DNA of 64,000 nucleotides from Eutreptiella sp. 'Long Island Sound 2002' (GCA_964036045.1 OZ038379.1:19468001-19532000); one strand, 5' to 3'. Counted from the stretch's first letter, positions 12,002 to 25,766 are shown. The notes: a model not told the origin generated them from the letters alone. A program made the numbers and translations.

Positions 12002-14749
12002 TGTGGATCTGGTGGACACAGAATACGCAAAAGGACGCACAGTGCGCGCACGGTTCAGGCAACACCCCCAAAGAGCGCAGTATATGTGGGGCAAGGCAGT
12101 CCTGTGCAAAGCGCGCCGTGGTTGGCATGCCCCAACAAGAAAGCCGAGGGACTTCAGACGGCTGATGCTGAGCAAAACAGCATGTGGGCTTCTCGCTGCT
12201 GTGCACTAGAGGCCTGATTGCCACTCCAGCCTGCGTCAGGTGGATTCGGATGGGCTCAGGCTTTCCTGGTCCACTTGTTCCTTGGGCCTCATGTTTCCAG
12301 CAACCCGGGCTGGGAACCTTGCCAAGCCAATGTGCCAAATACATGCAACTGTCGCATCACAAGCTGACGGGGGGGGGGGGGGGAGCGCCACGTGCACGCC
12401 ACGCACACTGTTGGAGGTGGCTATCCCTGGGAACGGCCAGATCCGTCCCCCCTTTCATTTCTGGTTCTTTGTCCACGCAACACGTTGTTCCAGTGCGTAT
12501 CCGCGTGTGCGTGCACATGGCAGTTCAATGGTGATGACAGGCCCTTGGTGGAGGGTTGGGAAGGTGGTCCTAGGACCGAGGCCACAACCTGATCTTCTGC
12601 CGGTAGCCCCAGCACGCACGGCAAGTGCTCCCTCGCTGTACCACACTGCGCATTGGCACACTGACGATGACGATGAGTGGGAAGGTTCCGCGTTTCCAGC
12701 ATCTGTTTGTGCCCCATCCCCTTAGAACACTTCCACCTTCACGTGTGGTCACCTTCTTTTTTTTTGTCGGGCCCGCGCTGAGTAGCGATAAGGCTCTCGG
12801 GTTCACAACCCGGTCTCTGCATCAGTGCTGCAGGGCGCAGTACAGTCACCCGATACATCGTGTGGCCGAAAGGCAAACCTGGATCTGTGCCTGCAGAGAA
12901 TACTAATGCATGGTAGTGCTTCCACCTTCACGTGTGGTCACCTTCTCCGACCAGTTGCATTACAGACGCGTGGGTGCACTCACTCCGCTGGCTGCTTTTG
13001 AAAAAGCAGCCTCATTGGATGCGCTGCACTTCGTATTAGTGTCCCTCAGTCACACAGACAGGGGGAAGGGGGAGGGAGGGGGGGACGCGCCCTGGATCCG
13101 TGGATGAAAGCGAAGGGGTTCCGGTGGCAATAGCACCGCAAGCACAAAAAGGATCCTGTGAAGAGATGCATAAAAAGCTGAGAAGCCCTAGCGCTGTGCC
13201 CGACTCGGACCCATTCCAATGACCGGTGTGAGCTGAGAAGGTAGGAGGAAACAGACTGCTGGTGCGTAATGGTCAGCGGCTGGTGGCTCCCTGACAGCAG
13301 CTGTCAGGAACCCACGGCAATTGGCAAACGACTGTTGTCAGTCCGTTGGCAACCCTTTCTTTTGCTCAGGCTCAGAGGAGCCTCACCCGCTCAACTTTCC
13401 GGCGAAAGCTCGGACGCCATGGACACCACAGCAGTTCCACCCTACCGCATCCAGGTTAGTGTTGATGCCCACTGCTCGTCATGTCCTGGGTTGTTGCATG
13501 TACATGGTACCGCCACGGCTCACGTACGTGTACGGCTTGAGCCATCGTGCCATTCTTGGTTCTGTCAGACTTGAGATTTATTATCAGCAACTTGATTTGT
13601 TTGCACATTCTTACTGAGAAACCATAGAGACATCTTCTTTGTTGGATTTCCGCTGATCTGCAAGTTCAACCCGACGAGAGGGGAGCAGAGTCATGGCAAA
13701 GCCATGATGATCTGACTAGCTGGTCTGGAAGGAGTGCTGGACAAGAGTCTCCAAATTCCGAACAGAGGTGGAAACAACCACCAGCATATGCCTAAAAAGG
13801 CCGGAACAACATGCAAAGCATGCGCCAAACATCCACCAAGCACTAAGACACAATTGACACTCCGCCTGTTACAGTCTGCAGTCTTCATCACTAAACACTT
13901 TCACGCCCACTGTCTCAGTCAGTACCAAGCCTGCTGTCCGTGTCCACAATATTCGGTCCTGCTCCTGCGCAGGCCTCTTGCACTCTGTCTATCTGTCTGT
14001 CACTGGCTTGCTGTGGTACCCCAGCTGTTTTATGGCATTGCACGTCCATGCGTGTTTTCCCATTCCTACAATGAGTTGATGAGTTGCGCATCTTTCAACT
14101 CCCTCACCTTCTCACGACTGAGAAACCATAGACACATCCTGCCCAGCCAGAAATGTTGTTTTTTGGTTTCATGACCCAAGTCAATCCGTCAATGCAGTGT
14201 GCTCACTCTGAAGTCATGATGCCCCAGATATCAAATCGCCGCAGAAATGTGTACCTGAAGCACGTGCAGCAGGCGCATGCCTGGGCGACAGCACCCTGTC
14301 ATCCAAGATCCCGGCAAAACCAAGGAGGAAGAATGCGGACCAGGTTGGCTTTCGCCTGCCACCAGTCACGAAAGACGCCGACAGGCTTTGGGGGGGACAT
14401 GGCTCTTCTGTCCAGAACATCCAAGAGCACAATTGATGAACCCCAAGCGCATGCACCTGGCCACTGACTCACCACTCAGCGTCAGCACCGCCGTCAGTCA
14501 GCTGGCAACTGCTGGTCCAGAGGAATGCGCTTTTAGGAAGTTAGGCAAGAAAAGACGAAGACAGAAAGTGCAAGTGGGAAGCACGTGCCCGAGAGAGGGA
14601 GAGACAAAGCTGATAGATATGGTACTGGCGGTCCCAACGGCGGTTGGCGGCCACCCGGGGATGGTTGGTGGCCAGTGCCTGGCGATGAAGCGACGACACA
14701 CGGCTCCGACGGAGCACACAGGAATGGGGCCAGACTTGCGTGCAAGAAT

Positions 14750-14962
14750 TCCGATTTGTTTGCTGTATGGCACTCGTGAAAGGGGTACTTGGACACAACA
14801 GGCAACACCACATGGCCGCCACCCACCAACCTGCGCGAGTCCCAGAAACGCAAAGCACTGTCCATACCGAAGGAACACACGTTCAAGAGCTTGTTGGCTC
14901 ATGGGTGTCCATAGGCCCCCATATACCAGACCACAGGGGCTGTGAATGAACGTGGTCCGCAC
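14750..14962 (-). pseudogene. RRM-like fragment, possibly ORF1 of a decayed non-LTR element
   Basis: LVYGGLWTPMSQQALERVFLRYGQC resembles RNP2 plus helix A plus F..YG of an RRM. The RNP1 match is weak. Confidence 0.3.
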
Positions 14963-17900
14963 TTGCTGCTAGAGCAAGCTCAGGCTCAGGTTTGGGGTGC
15001 TGGAGCTGCGCCGTCTCAGACGTCCCTCTTCCCCAGTGCTCAGCTGCACAGTCAAAGATCAACTTTACTCCTTTGGAGTTGGCAGTGCTTCCACTTGGCC
15101 GTCGATCGACGATGGTCGTCACCCTCCAGAATCACTTTGGCATTCCAACAGTACTTCAAGTATCATGGGGCGGAGCCATCCGCCGCGACACGCGTTGTCC
15201 AGATTGTTCAGCAAGGCGCCGTCACACGCAAAGTGTTCATGAGTCCAGCAAGGCGCCGTGAGGCGCCAGGCAAGATTAGGTTTCAGATCAGAAACGTGCC
15301 TTTAGGCCACATCAGAAGCATTCTTAATTGCCCTACATGGGCTCCAAGCCCAACGCATCCAACTCTGTCACTTGCCGTTGCTTGGACAGCGGCAGTAGAT
15401 TGTTGGGGTGCCGGTTTCAACCCATTTTTGCCAGTAAGTCGGCTTGCTCGTTTCCATGGACCTCTAAATGCGACAGCACCCAGCGCAGCTGCACATAACC
15501 CCACCTCCCACAGCCCTCGGCCAGTTAAAGGCACTTGCGTTTGGGCCATTGTTCCGAATTGTAGGACTGACTGGGTGACAGAGGGAGGAAGGGCGTAGAG
15601 GGCGAAGAGGGATCCTCTGCCCTGTGCCATCGCACAGTGCACTGCACGATGGGGGACACCTAACTCAAGAGGACGCCAGCATTTCCACCCGAAACCAGCA
15701 TTCAGGGGCTGTGAGAGCCTTTGACACATGGTTGGCCAGGCAACCAAACTAGGGAGGTGGGAGGGGCTAATGAATTGGAAGATTGAGATGGATTGATAGA
15801 CAGACAGAACCAAACACAACTGCAGAAATTTGCAACTTGAGGCAATGTACTCCACAGTCTGACATAAGGGCATCTTTCTCCAGATCAGACCTGGTTGACC
15901 CTCAAACACAAACATGACTACCGGTAGGGGGGGGGGGGGGGGCTGGAGACCGGTTGGCAAGGAACACCGTTGGATTGGCTCAGGAGGAAGGTCCTTTCAC
16001 ATGAAAGAGAAGCCCGTTGAACATGAAAGTCCAGCACACACCCCACACCTGCCGTAATTGTGAGGGTGCGAGGTCTGTTTGAGGAGAGTGCTCTTGAAAA
16101 CCCGACCTGAGCTCCGGCTGCAGGCCACTCCCCAGTGACAAAGGGAAAGAGAACCAACCGCAGCTGCCCACTACTGTGAGCCTGCCGCCACACACACCAT
16201 AACCCCCACAGCAATGCACAGGCGCTATCCAGTTTTTCCAGGGCTGACACCCAGTCAAAGCCGGTTGGCCCGCACCCAGAGATGGACAAAAAGCAGACGC
16301 AAAACACAGGTCGTACACATGCAGTCGACGACACACCGCAAAAACACGCATCAGCCAATGATGATTGGCTGACTTCAGATGGGAGATGGTTTCCGGGTGC
16401 TTCGTGGGGATTAGAACCTTCTGGGCACCCAATCACAAAGCAGCTGACCAAGTTCGCTGGTCACGGCTGGTCAACCGGCAGCGGTTGACTTCAAACTGAC
16501 AGGCATTGGGTTACAGCGGAGCTGGGGTGGGGAGTGGGAGGCCCCAGCTGTCTGGCAGTCTGCATCAGCACAGATCCAGCCAGGAAGGGCCTTGTCCTCT
16601 TGTGCCGCCAGCAACCCTACCACAAGCGCGTAGCCAGCCAAAGTACAGGCTGACAGTATCGTAGCCTTGGGAAAACACACCGACTATGCAACAAGCACAC
16701 ACAAACGCGCGCGCATGTAGTACACCGGACGGTGCACCGCGTGTGATATTCCCCCAAAGCCTACAAACACCAACACACACACAAACGCAAACACATCGCA
16801 AAAAACACAGTGGAATCGCAAATACAAATGCAATCACCAACAAACACACAGACACACACAACAACACAAACACCAACACAAACAGCATGGCACAATCGCA
16901 AACGCACATACAACAACAAACACCAACACACACGCATGTCTTCCTCATCATGTGCACGACGCTGGAGACTCTGAAGTACGCCTGGCAAAGAAAGAAAGGC
17001 CACTGCATCCCTCAACCTTCAGCTCTGAATGCATATAGGGCTGAGCAAGTGTGCGGTTCGTTCTCATGTTGAGAGTTGAAATTGGCGAGAGCATGTGTGC
17101 GTGCGCCAATCTGACCACTAGGGCATGCGCATATGGCTACCTCGCAGATGCTTATCAGTGCGCAGTGCGTGCGTACGTGCGGACAGTGTCGCACAACTAT
17201 GTGCATGCGTGCACAGTGTGCAGCCATGTGACTGCAAAGGAAGGGCGTAGGGTTGGGGGGCAGTATCTGGAGAAGGATGAGAATGGTTTGCCTGGCATTA
17301 CAAGGACGGATGCATATGGTCTGGGGAGGGTGGGGCAGCATCGGGACAAGCAGGCCGACAGCGGCAAGGCAGGTACCCTCACCCTCCGTTGTCCTTCCCC
17401 CTGCAGGGAAGGCGGTCCCCCCTCACCCCCGGGGGGACGGTTGCCAAGTGACGCCCCCCCCCCCCATCCCCCAGGGAGCCGTACTACCACCGTACACACA
17501 CACTGTGGGATACAGAAATTGCAGCGGAAAACGAAATAACAAAGCAGAAGAAACGTTAGTGATGCCGAACCTCGTCGGACACGAGTCAGCCTCGAAGTGC
17601 AAGTGATTCTTCGTGAAGCCCGCCAACACTGCCTGCCAATTCCCCTGCGACCCTCCATCATGTGAGGAACGAGTGTGTGACTGGCACAAACGTGAGTTCT
17701 GGCGGTGTTGGTGGCACGAATGTGTGGAACAGTGAGCTACGAGTGTGTGAGTGTCACGAATGTGAGTTACGGTGGTGTGGGTGTGCAAACGATATGAAAA
17801 GCGTGCATGCGTTCAACACACGGACCCTCAAAACAACACAGTGACCCGCAACCAAAGTTTGGTGTTGTCCAAGTGACGCCCCCGCCCCACACCAGCCGGG

Positions 17901-19177
17901 GAATGACAGGGGGAGGGACCTCACGACCTGGAGCCGAATCATGTTGATCCAACACATGATCACAGGAAGCAGGTGATCCCCAGTGCTGCCCCGTTCGCGG
18001 ATGGAGATGCCTGCAATTCTAAACCCCCCTTTGGGAACCCAACACTCTACTTGTCCAGACCAATGCTCGCGTTTTCCAGACGGATGGGCGTGACCTGTGG
18101 GGAGGCAGGGCCGCAGGTACGGTGGGAGTGGACCCGATCCCACAACCTGCAAGCTCAAAGACTGCAGAGGGGCGACGGGACCACATTTCGAGGGCGGGGC
18201 TTAGCGATGGCATGGGCTCAATGGCACAAAGGAAACGGGGGGGGCGGGCTCACCAATCATCACGGACGGGGCTGGGCGAGCACCTGCATCCGGTTCATTC
18301 TGCACGGAATCTATGGGAGTGCGGTGCTCAACGCACCGCAGCTTGAGGTTTGCCGCAGTCCAGTGAGCCACATCAACGTGGGAAAGGGACAGATCAGCGT
18401 GGTTCAGGTATGGCATGGGCAGGTCAAGAGGACGTGTTGACTCCACTTGGGAGTGTCTGAGCACTGCCCTTCTACAACGTTGCCTCGCGGGCGAGCGCGC
18501 GCGTGTGGAAGGCACTGGGCTGAGGGGAGGGGGATAATACGGAGGCACGAGCCGAGGAACGAAGGTCCGCTCACGGCGCCGAGACGTGGGGTACGCCTGG
18601 CAAAAGGCGGCCACTGCCGCCCTCCATCTTGTAACTCTGAATGTTTATATGGCTAACACCCGATGCAGTGCTCAATGTGGAGTGACGTCACGTCTGATGA
18701 TGGGCGCGCACGCGTGCATTTGCCTAATACCTTTGCCGTGTGCGGGTATGTACCGCGCAGTGCGTGTTCGTGTTTGTACAGGGGCACTTGCACATCTTGT
18801 GCGTGCATGCCCGGCAATGTGAGTGTGACCGTGCTGTGGTGTGGGAAATCATCGCATTGAGTAGGGCAGTCTATCTTGGTCAAACATGATGGCGCTCCAC
18901 GAGGGGGGCCACAGAAGCCATCTGGCTTAGTGCTGGGTGGCCCGCCCCATGAGCTCAAGGGGTTGTTGTTCTCCAGCCCCCACCCTCTGGACGTGCTGTG
19001 GTGTGGCGACGGGGGTGTAGTGTCGGAATAAAGGATGAGACTGCCCGGATGATATCATAAACACGGGTTTATATACATATATATAGCGCGGAAGGGGAGG
19101 GAGTGGCAGCACCTGGGACACGATGCTGACGGTACTGGGACGGTACTGGGTACTGGGGGTATGTGACGAAATGGAGA

Positions 19178-19240
19178 TCTGCATGCAGATCATGATCTGC
19201 ATGCAGAGATGCATGCAGAGATCTGCATGCAGATCATGCA
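19178..19240. repeat. Perfect 30-bp palindrome built from palindromic TCTGCATGCAGA units, followed by further copies
   Basis: TCTGCATGCAGATCATGATCTGCATGCAGA at 19178-19207 equals its own reverse complement. Confidence 0.9.
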
Positions 19241-20082
19241 GATGACTCCGTCATACCCTAGCACCACAGCCTCACAATGCCTCACAATCAGCAGCAATCC
19301 CTTGTGCTGCCGTGCCACCCCTCCCTCCCCCCCCGGAAAGGGGTAAAGCGTGCAATCGCACTCGGCGCGCGGCAATGCCACGCAAGCCATTGCCCTGATC
19401 TCACCCACACAAACGCTCATGTACGCACGCATGCACGTGTGGAAGGGACTGCGCGGGAGCAATGGCGCATTCCGGGGGCACCAGCCTAGTAACGTCAATG
19501 CACGATACCAACCAGCGAGGTGCACCTAGCCAAAGGCGACCCCTGCCGCCCTCAATCCTGGGCTCTGCATGCCTCCTGTGGCGGACAACAGGTGCAATGA
19601 AGCCTCGTTTTTTGTTTTTGAGGAGGAATGCCCACCTCTGCTGCATGTGGGTGCGCGCGCGCGCGTCTGCAATGGTTCGCCGAAAAATGCGTGTACCGCG
19701 CACGCATTCCTTGCAAAATCATGCGCGTGGGTGTGCCGCCATGTGAGTGTGGCGGTGCTGTTGTGTGGGCAGAGGGGGCGAGAACCTGGCAGCATACCTA
19801 ACCTGGCAGAATACGGACGGATATACAGTGTGGGAGTGAAGGGCCCGCATCCGGAGACCGACGCCACTGCCTGTGCAACAGCACTGGGGCAGATGGGTGA
19901 CGCTACGGAGCCAAGTCATGCAGAACCCTCCGTTGTACCAATACCCTGGAAGCAGGGCAGGGGGCCTGCAGGTCTCTGCAGTCCTAACCCCCGCTTGGCA
20001 ATGAGTGTAGGTCCTGTGCTGCCTGTCAATGCAGAGCACGAGACCGGCCTTGGGTACAGGGAGGGAGGAGGAAGGCCCTTTG

Positions 20083-20087
<5 letters not shown>

Positions 20088-20128
<41 letters not shown>

Positions 20129-20386
20129 CGCCCAAGGATTTCAATCAAAGCTCAAACTGCGAGGTTCAACAGGCCTACGGTCCTACCATTCATCAGCGAA
20201 ATCATGAGTTCCAAGTTCGAGGGGCGACCATGAGTTCCAAGTTCGAGCGGTGTAGGTGTGTGTGTGTGTGTATGACGCCCATTCATTCCAACCAAAGCAA
20301 TAGCATTCGCTATGATACACCACCTCTCTACAGCTCTGTTCGCACTGCGGCAATGTTCGGTATCGGGACATGGGGGGGGGGGGGGT

Positions 20387-20468
<82 letters not shown>

Positions 20469-20476
20469 CGCGCGCG
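20088..20476. repeat. (GT)n microsatellites (20088-20127; 20389-20460), the second joined to (CG)8
   Basis: Read directly from the sequence. Confidence 0.95.
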
Positions 20477-20771
20477 CCAGGGGCGCAATCATTATTCCAC
20501 TGCCATCAGTTCTCATGTTCGACTGGATATGCTGTGGACATTCGAGATGAACGACACAGCATTCATCCGTCATCTTTGCTGCATCCATATCTACAATCCA
20601 ACATAATTCTGTAGCGGATGTGAACAACCATTAGTGTCTACTCTACAATACTATATACCTGGGCTGCAAAAGCTGGTGTGTGCCCGGGGGGGGGGGGGGG
20701 GCGAACCCCCATTCCCCCGTGCGCAACCAGACCCCCCCCCGCCGTCCGGGAAAATGACGGTAACACGGGTT

Positions 20772-20967
20772 CCTGTGCTCAGACATGCCGTGCGGGCACA
20801 TGGACATGAAGGGGGGGCACGGCACAACAGTAGCCATGGCCCCCAATCGCATCAAACCCAATCAAACCGGCGTGCAGACACAAGTCTCACGAGTCGTACA
20901 CGCAGCCTCTGTCCTTGTCCTCCCACACGGAGCGGGCTCACATGGTTGTGCCTTCAGGTGCTGGACC
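20772..20967 (+). repeat. ~196-bp near-identical dispersed repeat (other copy 61017-61213)
   Basis: GCCGTGCGGGCACATGGACATGAAGGGGGGGCACGG...CAGGTGCTGGACC occurs at both loci with only a few mismatches. Confidence 0.9.
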
Positions 20968-21258
20968 TGAAAGTTGCCCGTCCCAGAAATGGCAGTGACA
21001 CGGCGCTGTTGTGCTTGGACAAGGCCATGCCTGCGCACGGGAGGCACATACCTCAAAGTGATCGCCACATCGCACTCGTCATTTTGAGGCGCCTGCGTTG
21101 GGGATAAAGAAAAGTTGTCAGGGTGGCCACCATCGACGGAATACTCCTTCGGGCGCCAATGGTCATGTCAGGCCCAAGCCCAGCGACCTTGGGCCAAAGG
21201 CGGGCAGGGGGGGTAAACCATAATTGGTGGTGGAGGTTTCCCGGTTGGTACTTCTCGT

Positions 21259-21350
21259 GGGCTGTATGAGGGCATAGCGCTGGGCTGTATGAGGGCATTG
21301 CATGGGGCAGAGCATGCAGCTGTATGAGGGCATAGCGCTGGGCTGTATGA
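21259..21350. repeat. 23-bp minisatellite (GGGCTGTATGAGGGCATAGCGCT, ~3.5 units)
   Basis: Read directly from the sequence. Confidence 0.85.
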
Positions 21351-22316
21351 AGAGTTTCACATGTGGTGGGGTCTTGAGAGGGGCCAACATTCCTCAAAAT
21401 GGGCTCAAAATGGCTCATTTCACTTGTTTGTGTACCTCAAATGCTCTAGGATTACTTTTGGGACCACATGTTTTCAATCCATTTTTGACCCTTTTTTTGT
21501 CCCAAATTGGCCCATTTTCAAGGCATTTTGGGTTTTGTGTCGTGCAGCCGGACTGGTAGGCCCTGGTCTCACTCCGACTCATGCATCAATTGCGAGTGCC
21601 ACGCCGATGCACAGCAAACCAATGGTGCCTTGTCCTCGCACTGCTGCTGAGCGACCACGCAACACCTCAGGACCGGATGGAGGGGCCAACTTTCCGCAGC
21701 TGTGGGGGGGGGTTGAAACCAGGACGAACAGAAACGAGGGGGGGTGGGTTTGCACAGTGCCCCTTTGTCGAGATGCAGGCACGCTCTTATCATGCCACAC
21801 ACACCCCCCCGCGCGCGCGCATGCGTGGGTGTGTGGAAGGGGGTGCGTTGGGGCTGTTGCTTGCATCCATTGGGTCGGGTGGGCCGGGCAACGTGGAACA
21901 GCACAGGGCAGGGCTGCGGCTTAACAGTCCTGAGTTGAGCCTTACTGGCGGAGCACCTGCACAGCACGAGCCCGGGCGCGCTTGCAACTGCACCAGCGGT
22001 GACGCGGCGCCACAATCGGAAACCTGCCGGGATCGCGGCTATCGGGCTCCAAGTCGGGTTCTCGAGCCCCGGCAACGATTCGGGCAAACCGCCGGCGTGT
22101 GGCAGCACCGGACCGGCGGACTGTTGCGTGCGCGCCCGGCGCGCGTGCGACGTCCCAGACGACCGAGAGGCCTCGGCGCTGGCGCCGGGAGGTTCACGGG
22201 CGCGCGGTCCGGGGCGCCTGTGTGGGTTGACCGCGGCCGACTCTTACGAGCGAAGACCACCGCTGCGCCCTCACACGACAGTGGCCCCGGGGACCCCGAC
22301 CCCGTGGGCCCCGGGT

Positions 22317-22998
22317 CTACCCGGACACCATGCACGGCATGGACACGGACACCCGCGGGATTTGGGCGGCCCGCATCTTCTCATCCGCCGCAAAGCGCGT
22401 CTGGGAAGAGCTGCGTTGCCGGGTCCGCGCCGCCGACAGTGTCTCCAGGAAGTCCTCCATGGCCTCGCTCTGCAGCCAGTCCTCGAGCTCAGCCGCGGCC
22501 GGGACCTCCACTGGCGCCGCCGGGGGCGCGGCCGCAAGAGCCTCGGCCCTGTACGCGCGGCCACCCGTGCGGCCGGTGTGCAGGCGTCGCTCCAGATGTC
22601 GCGCGAGCTTGTCGACCTTCCGCAGAAAGCTGTACTCGACGTGGTCCATCCGCCGGCTGTGCCGCGCCTGCATCTTCTCCAGCTTGATCTTGGTCATCGA
22701 CATGTCGTGCTCCAGCTGCCGGTTGGCCTTGGCCAGGCGCGCGGCCTCCGAGATCATCTCCTGCTTGGCGGCGTTGCGCTGCTTCACGGCGCTGTACTTC
22801 TGCTGGTACAGGCGCTCCTTCTCCTCGTGGGCCTGTTGCTCCAGGGCTGCAATCACGGCCGCGTCCTCCGGCAACTGCGAGGCGGCTAAGTCCAGCTGGT
22901 ACTGCGGCCGGCGCCTGGGCATAGGGCAGGTCGACCGACGGACTGCGGACACACCCGACGCGTCCCATACGGCCTCGTACCCCGTGAGAGGCAACCCA
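22317..22998 (-). CDS. Coiled-coil protein of unknown function, terminal exon (exact acceptor uncertain)
   Basis: GC-rich frame with heptad text (ALEQQAHEEKERLYQQKYSAVKQRNAAKQEMISEAARLAKANRQLEHD...). Candidate acceptors CCCCTATCGCAG| (exon start 22998) or downstream CAGs. TAG at 22317-22319. Confidence 0.65.
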
Positions 22999-23208
22999 CT
23001 GCGATAGGGGACGCGCTATTGGGCCTGGCTACCGGTGAACGACACATCCGTGTTTGAAAAAGGGCGCCAGGTCTTAGAGGCCACGCCAAAATTCTATTGC
23101 CTTCGGCAAGGCACCTCAAAGAGAGACGAGCGACGTTGAGGGGAGGGCATACACAATCCCCCACCCCCCCCCGCTCCCTCCTTCTGGTGAGGACCGATCC
23201 TGGCAACG

Positions 23209-23960
23209 CGGAGATAGCCCCTGGGACCCCATCATTGGTTAGGGTGTCCATATAGAAGCACAAAGTGGAGTGAGACCTGGTCCAGATCGACGCACAGTGG
23301 AGGCTATACGCCAAACCAAGTTTTGCCCATGGCGGCGCATACAGGCCCAAAACGGCACTTCCGGGACCGATAAGCACCACCAGGAGGGCCCGATGGGTGC
23401 TACAGGGCTCCCCATGGGGTTACACGCACTTCCACTGCCACCAAATGATGGCCCAACATCGACCGGAGGGTCCCCAGGGCTGTCGCACATCACCCAACAA
23501 TCGTCATCTTTCAGCCACCCCATGCCGGCCCAAAAACAGCCAAATGCTCACCAGTGAGGCCGATCTCGGAAACCCGGAGATAGCACCCGGGACCCCGTTC
23601 ATTGGGTAGTGGGTCCATAATGGAGAAAAAAGTGGGACGGGACCGGGGTCTGTATCGACGCACAGTGGCAGCCATAGGCCACCCAAGTTTTGACCCCCAG
23701 CCCCCACCCCATCCCCACCACAAGCCCCCATCCCCCAAAAAGCAGCACCCAGGTACGGGGGGTGCAGGGGTCAAAATCAAAAAATACATTGGGGGATAAT
23801 TTTGTCTCCCAAAATGATGATTTCACAAGGGGTTACACATCAAAGTTCATACATTGGGGTATGCAAAGCGAATGACCCCCCAGAGGGGGGGGGGGGGGGA
23901 TGGCGCCCACACCTGCGCTTGATCTAACAGCCTCTCTTCGAGGTAATTTGGCGGACTTTT
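23209..23960. repeat. Diverged ~120-bp direct repeats (23209-23328, 23575-23696) and a dispersed repeat family also at ~56880-57320
   Basis: CGGAGATAGC...ATCGACGCACAGTGG...CCAAGTTTTG occurs twice. GGGGTCAAAATC...AAAATGATGATTT.ACAA.GGG and CTGCGCTTGAT are shared with the 57.2-57.3 kb region. Confidence 0.75.
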
Positions 23961-24916
23961 CTGGGGGCCCAGCTCACCGTTCCGAATTTCCAGCCCCCAC
24001 CCCAAGCCCCACCACCGCGTTGAACTGTCTTCCTCGTCATTGAGCAGCCGTGCTTTCCTAGTCCACGGGTAGGGGACGGTTGCCAAGTGACCGTAAGGGG
24101 GGGGGGGGGGTTCGGAAGGACTGGCTGGTGACCCTGGAGTACCACCCATGCCCAGTGCCATGTCTTTTGTGCGAGCTGGAGGCCCTGTGAGTTGGAGGGC
24201 CAGGAAGCCACTGGCTGGAGCACTCGCGTTCAACCCAAATGCCCCATGGCCGTCGCTCTGGCAGGCGTCATCCGTTCTGCCCCCGGGTGTGCACATGTGC
24301 ACGCACGCCTGCCTTTGTTCGTCCCAATTCTTTGTGGTCATGTATTACCGTTGAATGGCAGCCGGAGTACTGCCGTAGACTGGGCCAAACCCCTGGATCC
24401 TACGGTTGGGCTGCCGCCGAGGGTACCCTGACACCCGCACTGGTCAACGGTCGCTGGGGGTGGGGCTTTGGCGTTTGGGCTTTGGGCTTTGGGCTTGCCC
24501 CGGACCACCAAGGCCTGAGGGGCCCGTGGCCCTGCCTCGTGTGGGGACAGGCAACAGGCATCGGAGACGCCTCACGTGCCCAGGCCCAGACCAGGGGCTG
24601 GGCCGGGGCATATCATGCGGCGCTAAGGAGGACGGCCATCGGCCTGCCAGCCGGCGTGCTGTGCGTGAGGTGTCGCTTCGCTGGGGGTCGGGGTGGGGCT
24701 GGATGCATGGCCTGTACCTGGAAGCCCCCATCCCCCCCCCCCGCCCTGTGGGGGTGGGCATCCGCCTTTTTGCCCAGGGGTAGCACGGTCGTGCCCTCTC
24801 GGTCCTGGGCTACAGCAGAGGGTCCCCCGAAGCTCCGGTGGGGGTGGGCATAGGCATTGGTGGGGCCACCTGTGGTTGTTACATTGGACGGCCGTGGCAA
24901 ACACCATCTTGCTCAC

Positions 24917-25174
24917 GTGACACGCCACTTCGCCGTTCTCCAGCTGCTCCCACGCTGCGAGCGGCGTATGGTCCATGCCGAACACCTGCTCGTACCTGCG
25001 ACGCCAGAGCTTCTCCCGCGGGCTCATCTCCCGTGGTGACAACTGCTGCGAGTCCTCGTTGGAAAGCACAGACTCTGCGGCCTCTAGCGTCGACGCTGTG
25101 TCGGCCACCGACGCTGTGTCGACGTTCGACGGCATTGGCTCGAAGGCATCGCGGCTGAATTCAACTGCGTCCAT
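24917..25174 (-). CDS. Probable first exon of the same coiled-coil gene
   Basis: ATG at 25174, 22 nt after a CTGCAG acceptor. Reads MDAVEFSRDAFEP...EKLWRRRYEQVFG. Donor CAC|GTGAGC, phase 0. Junction to the next exon is not resolved. Confidence 0.55.
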
Positions 25175-25766
25175 GGCTCAAGAGAAAGTGAGAACACTGC
25201 AGATGTGGTGGTACAAAAGAGCTGCATCGGCAGAGGCACAGGCGCTCCCCCCCCCCCCCCCCCCGCCCCCATGGACTGGGTGTGTGTGTGAGGGGGTGGG
25301 TACAACACTGGGCAGGCGCAGGCCACACCAACTCGCTACAAAAGCAACACTTCAGTGGCTGTAAGCCTGGGAACTGGATTGTGCACGGACATGAGATGCT
25401 CCGACTTAGTCAATCCGTCAACCGCATCAGGCCCACGCAGGGTCCACACAGGGTGCATAGGCTCCACCAGAGCCATTGTGAAGTCCCACACCAATGCTTG
25501 TCTCCCGGTGGGGGGGGGAGGGGGGTCACTTGCCAAGGCACCAAAGAAAAAGTTTCCTTTGGGTACAATGGAGTTGTAGTCCAAATGTCAGGTGTGGGTC
25601 CTCGCACATCCCCCCCCCCCAGGGTACGCAATTTTTTTCCTTACACATATGACCAAAATTTTTACCAAACAAAGCCGTTTCAAGGCAAAAATAGTGCACG
25701 TTGATCTTTTGACATTGCTCCATCAATGTGAAGACTACGGCCCTGGCTCAACGTGCAAAGCGTGGT

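Larger units (their letters stand above)
11285..12075. mobile_element. Repeat-bounded segment 2 (GCACTGCG-end family, reverse orientation)
   Basis: (CACGGTGCGYG)n at ~11298-11337 and GCACAGTGCGCGCACGGT at ~12038, both followed by TCA. Reverse complements resemble the family ends. Confidence 0.45.
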
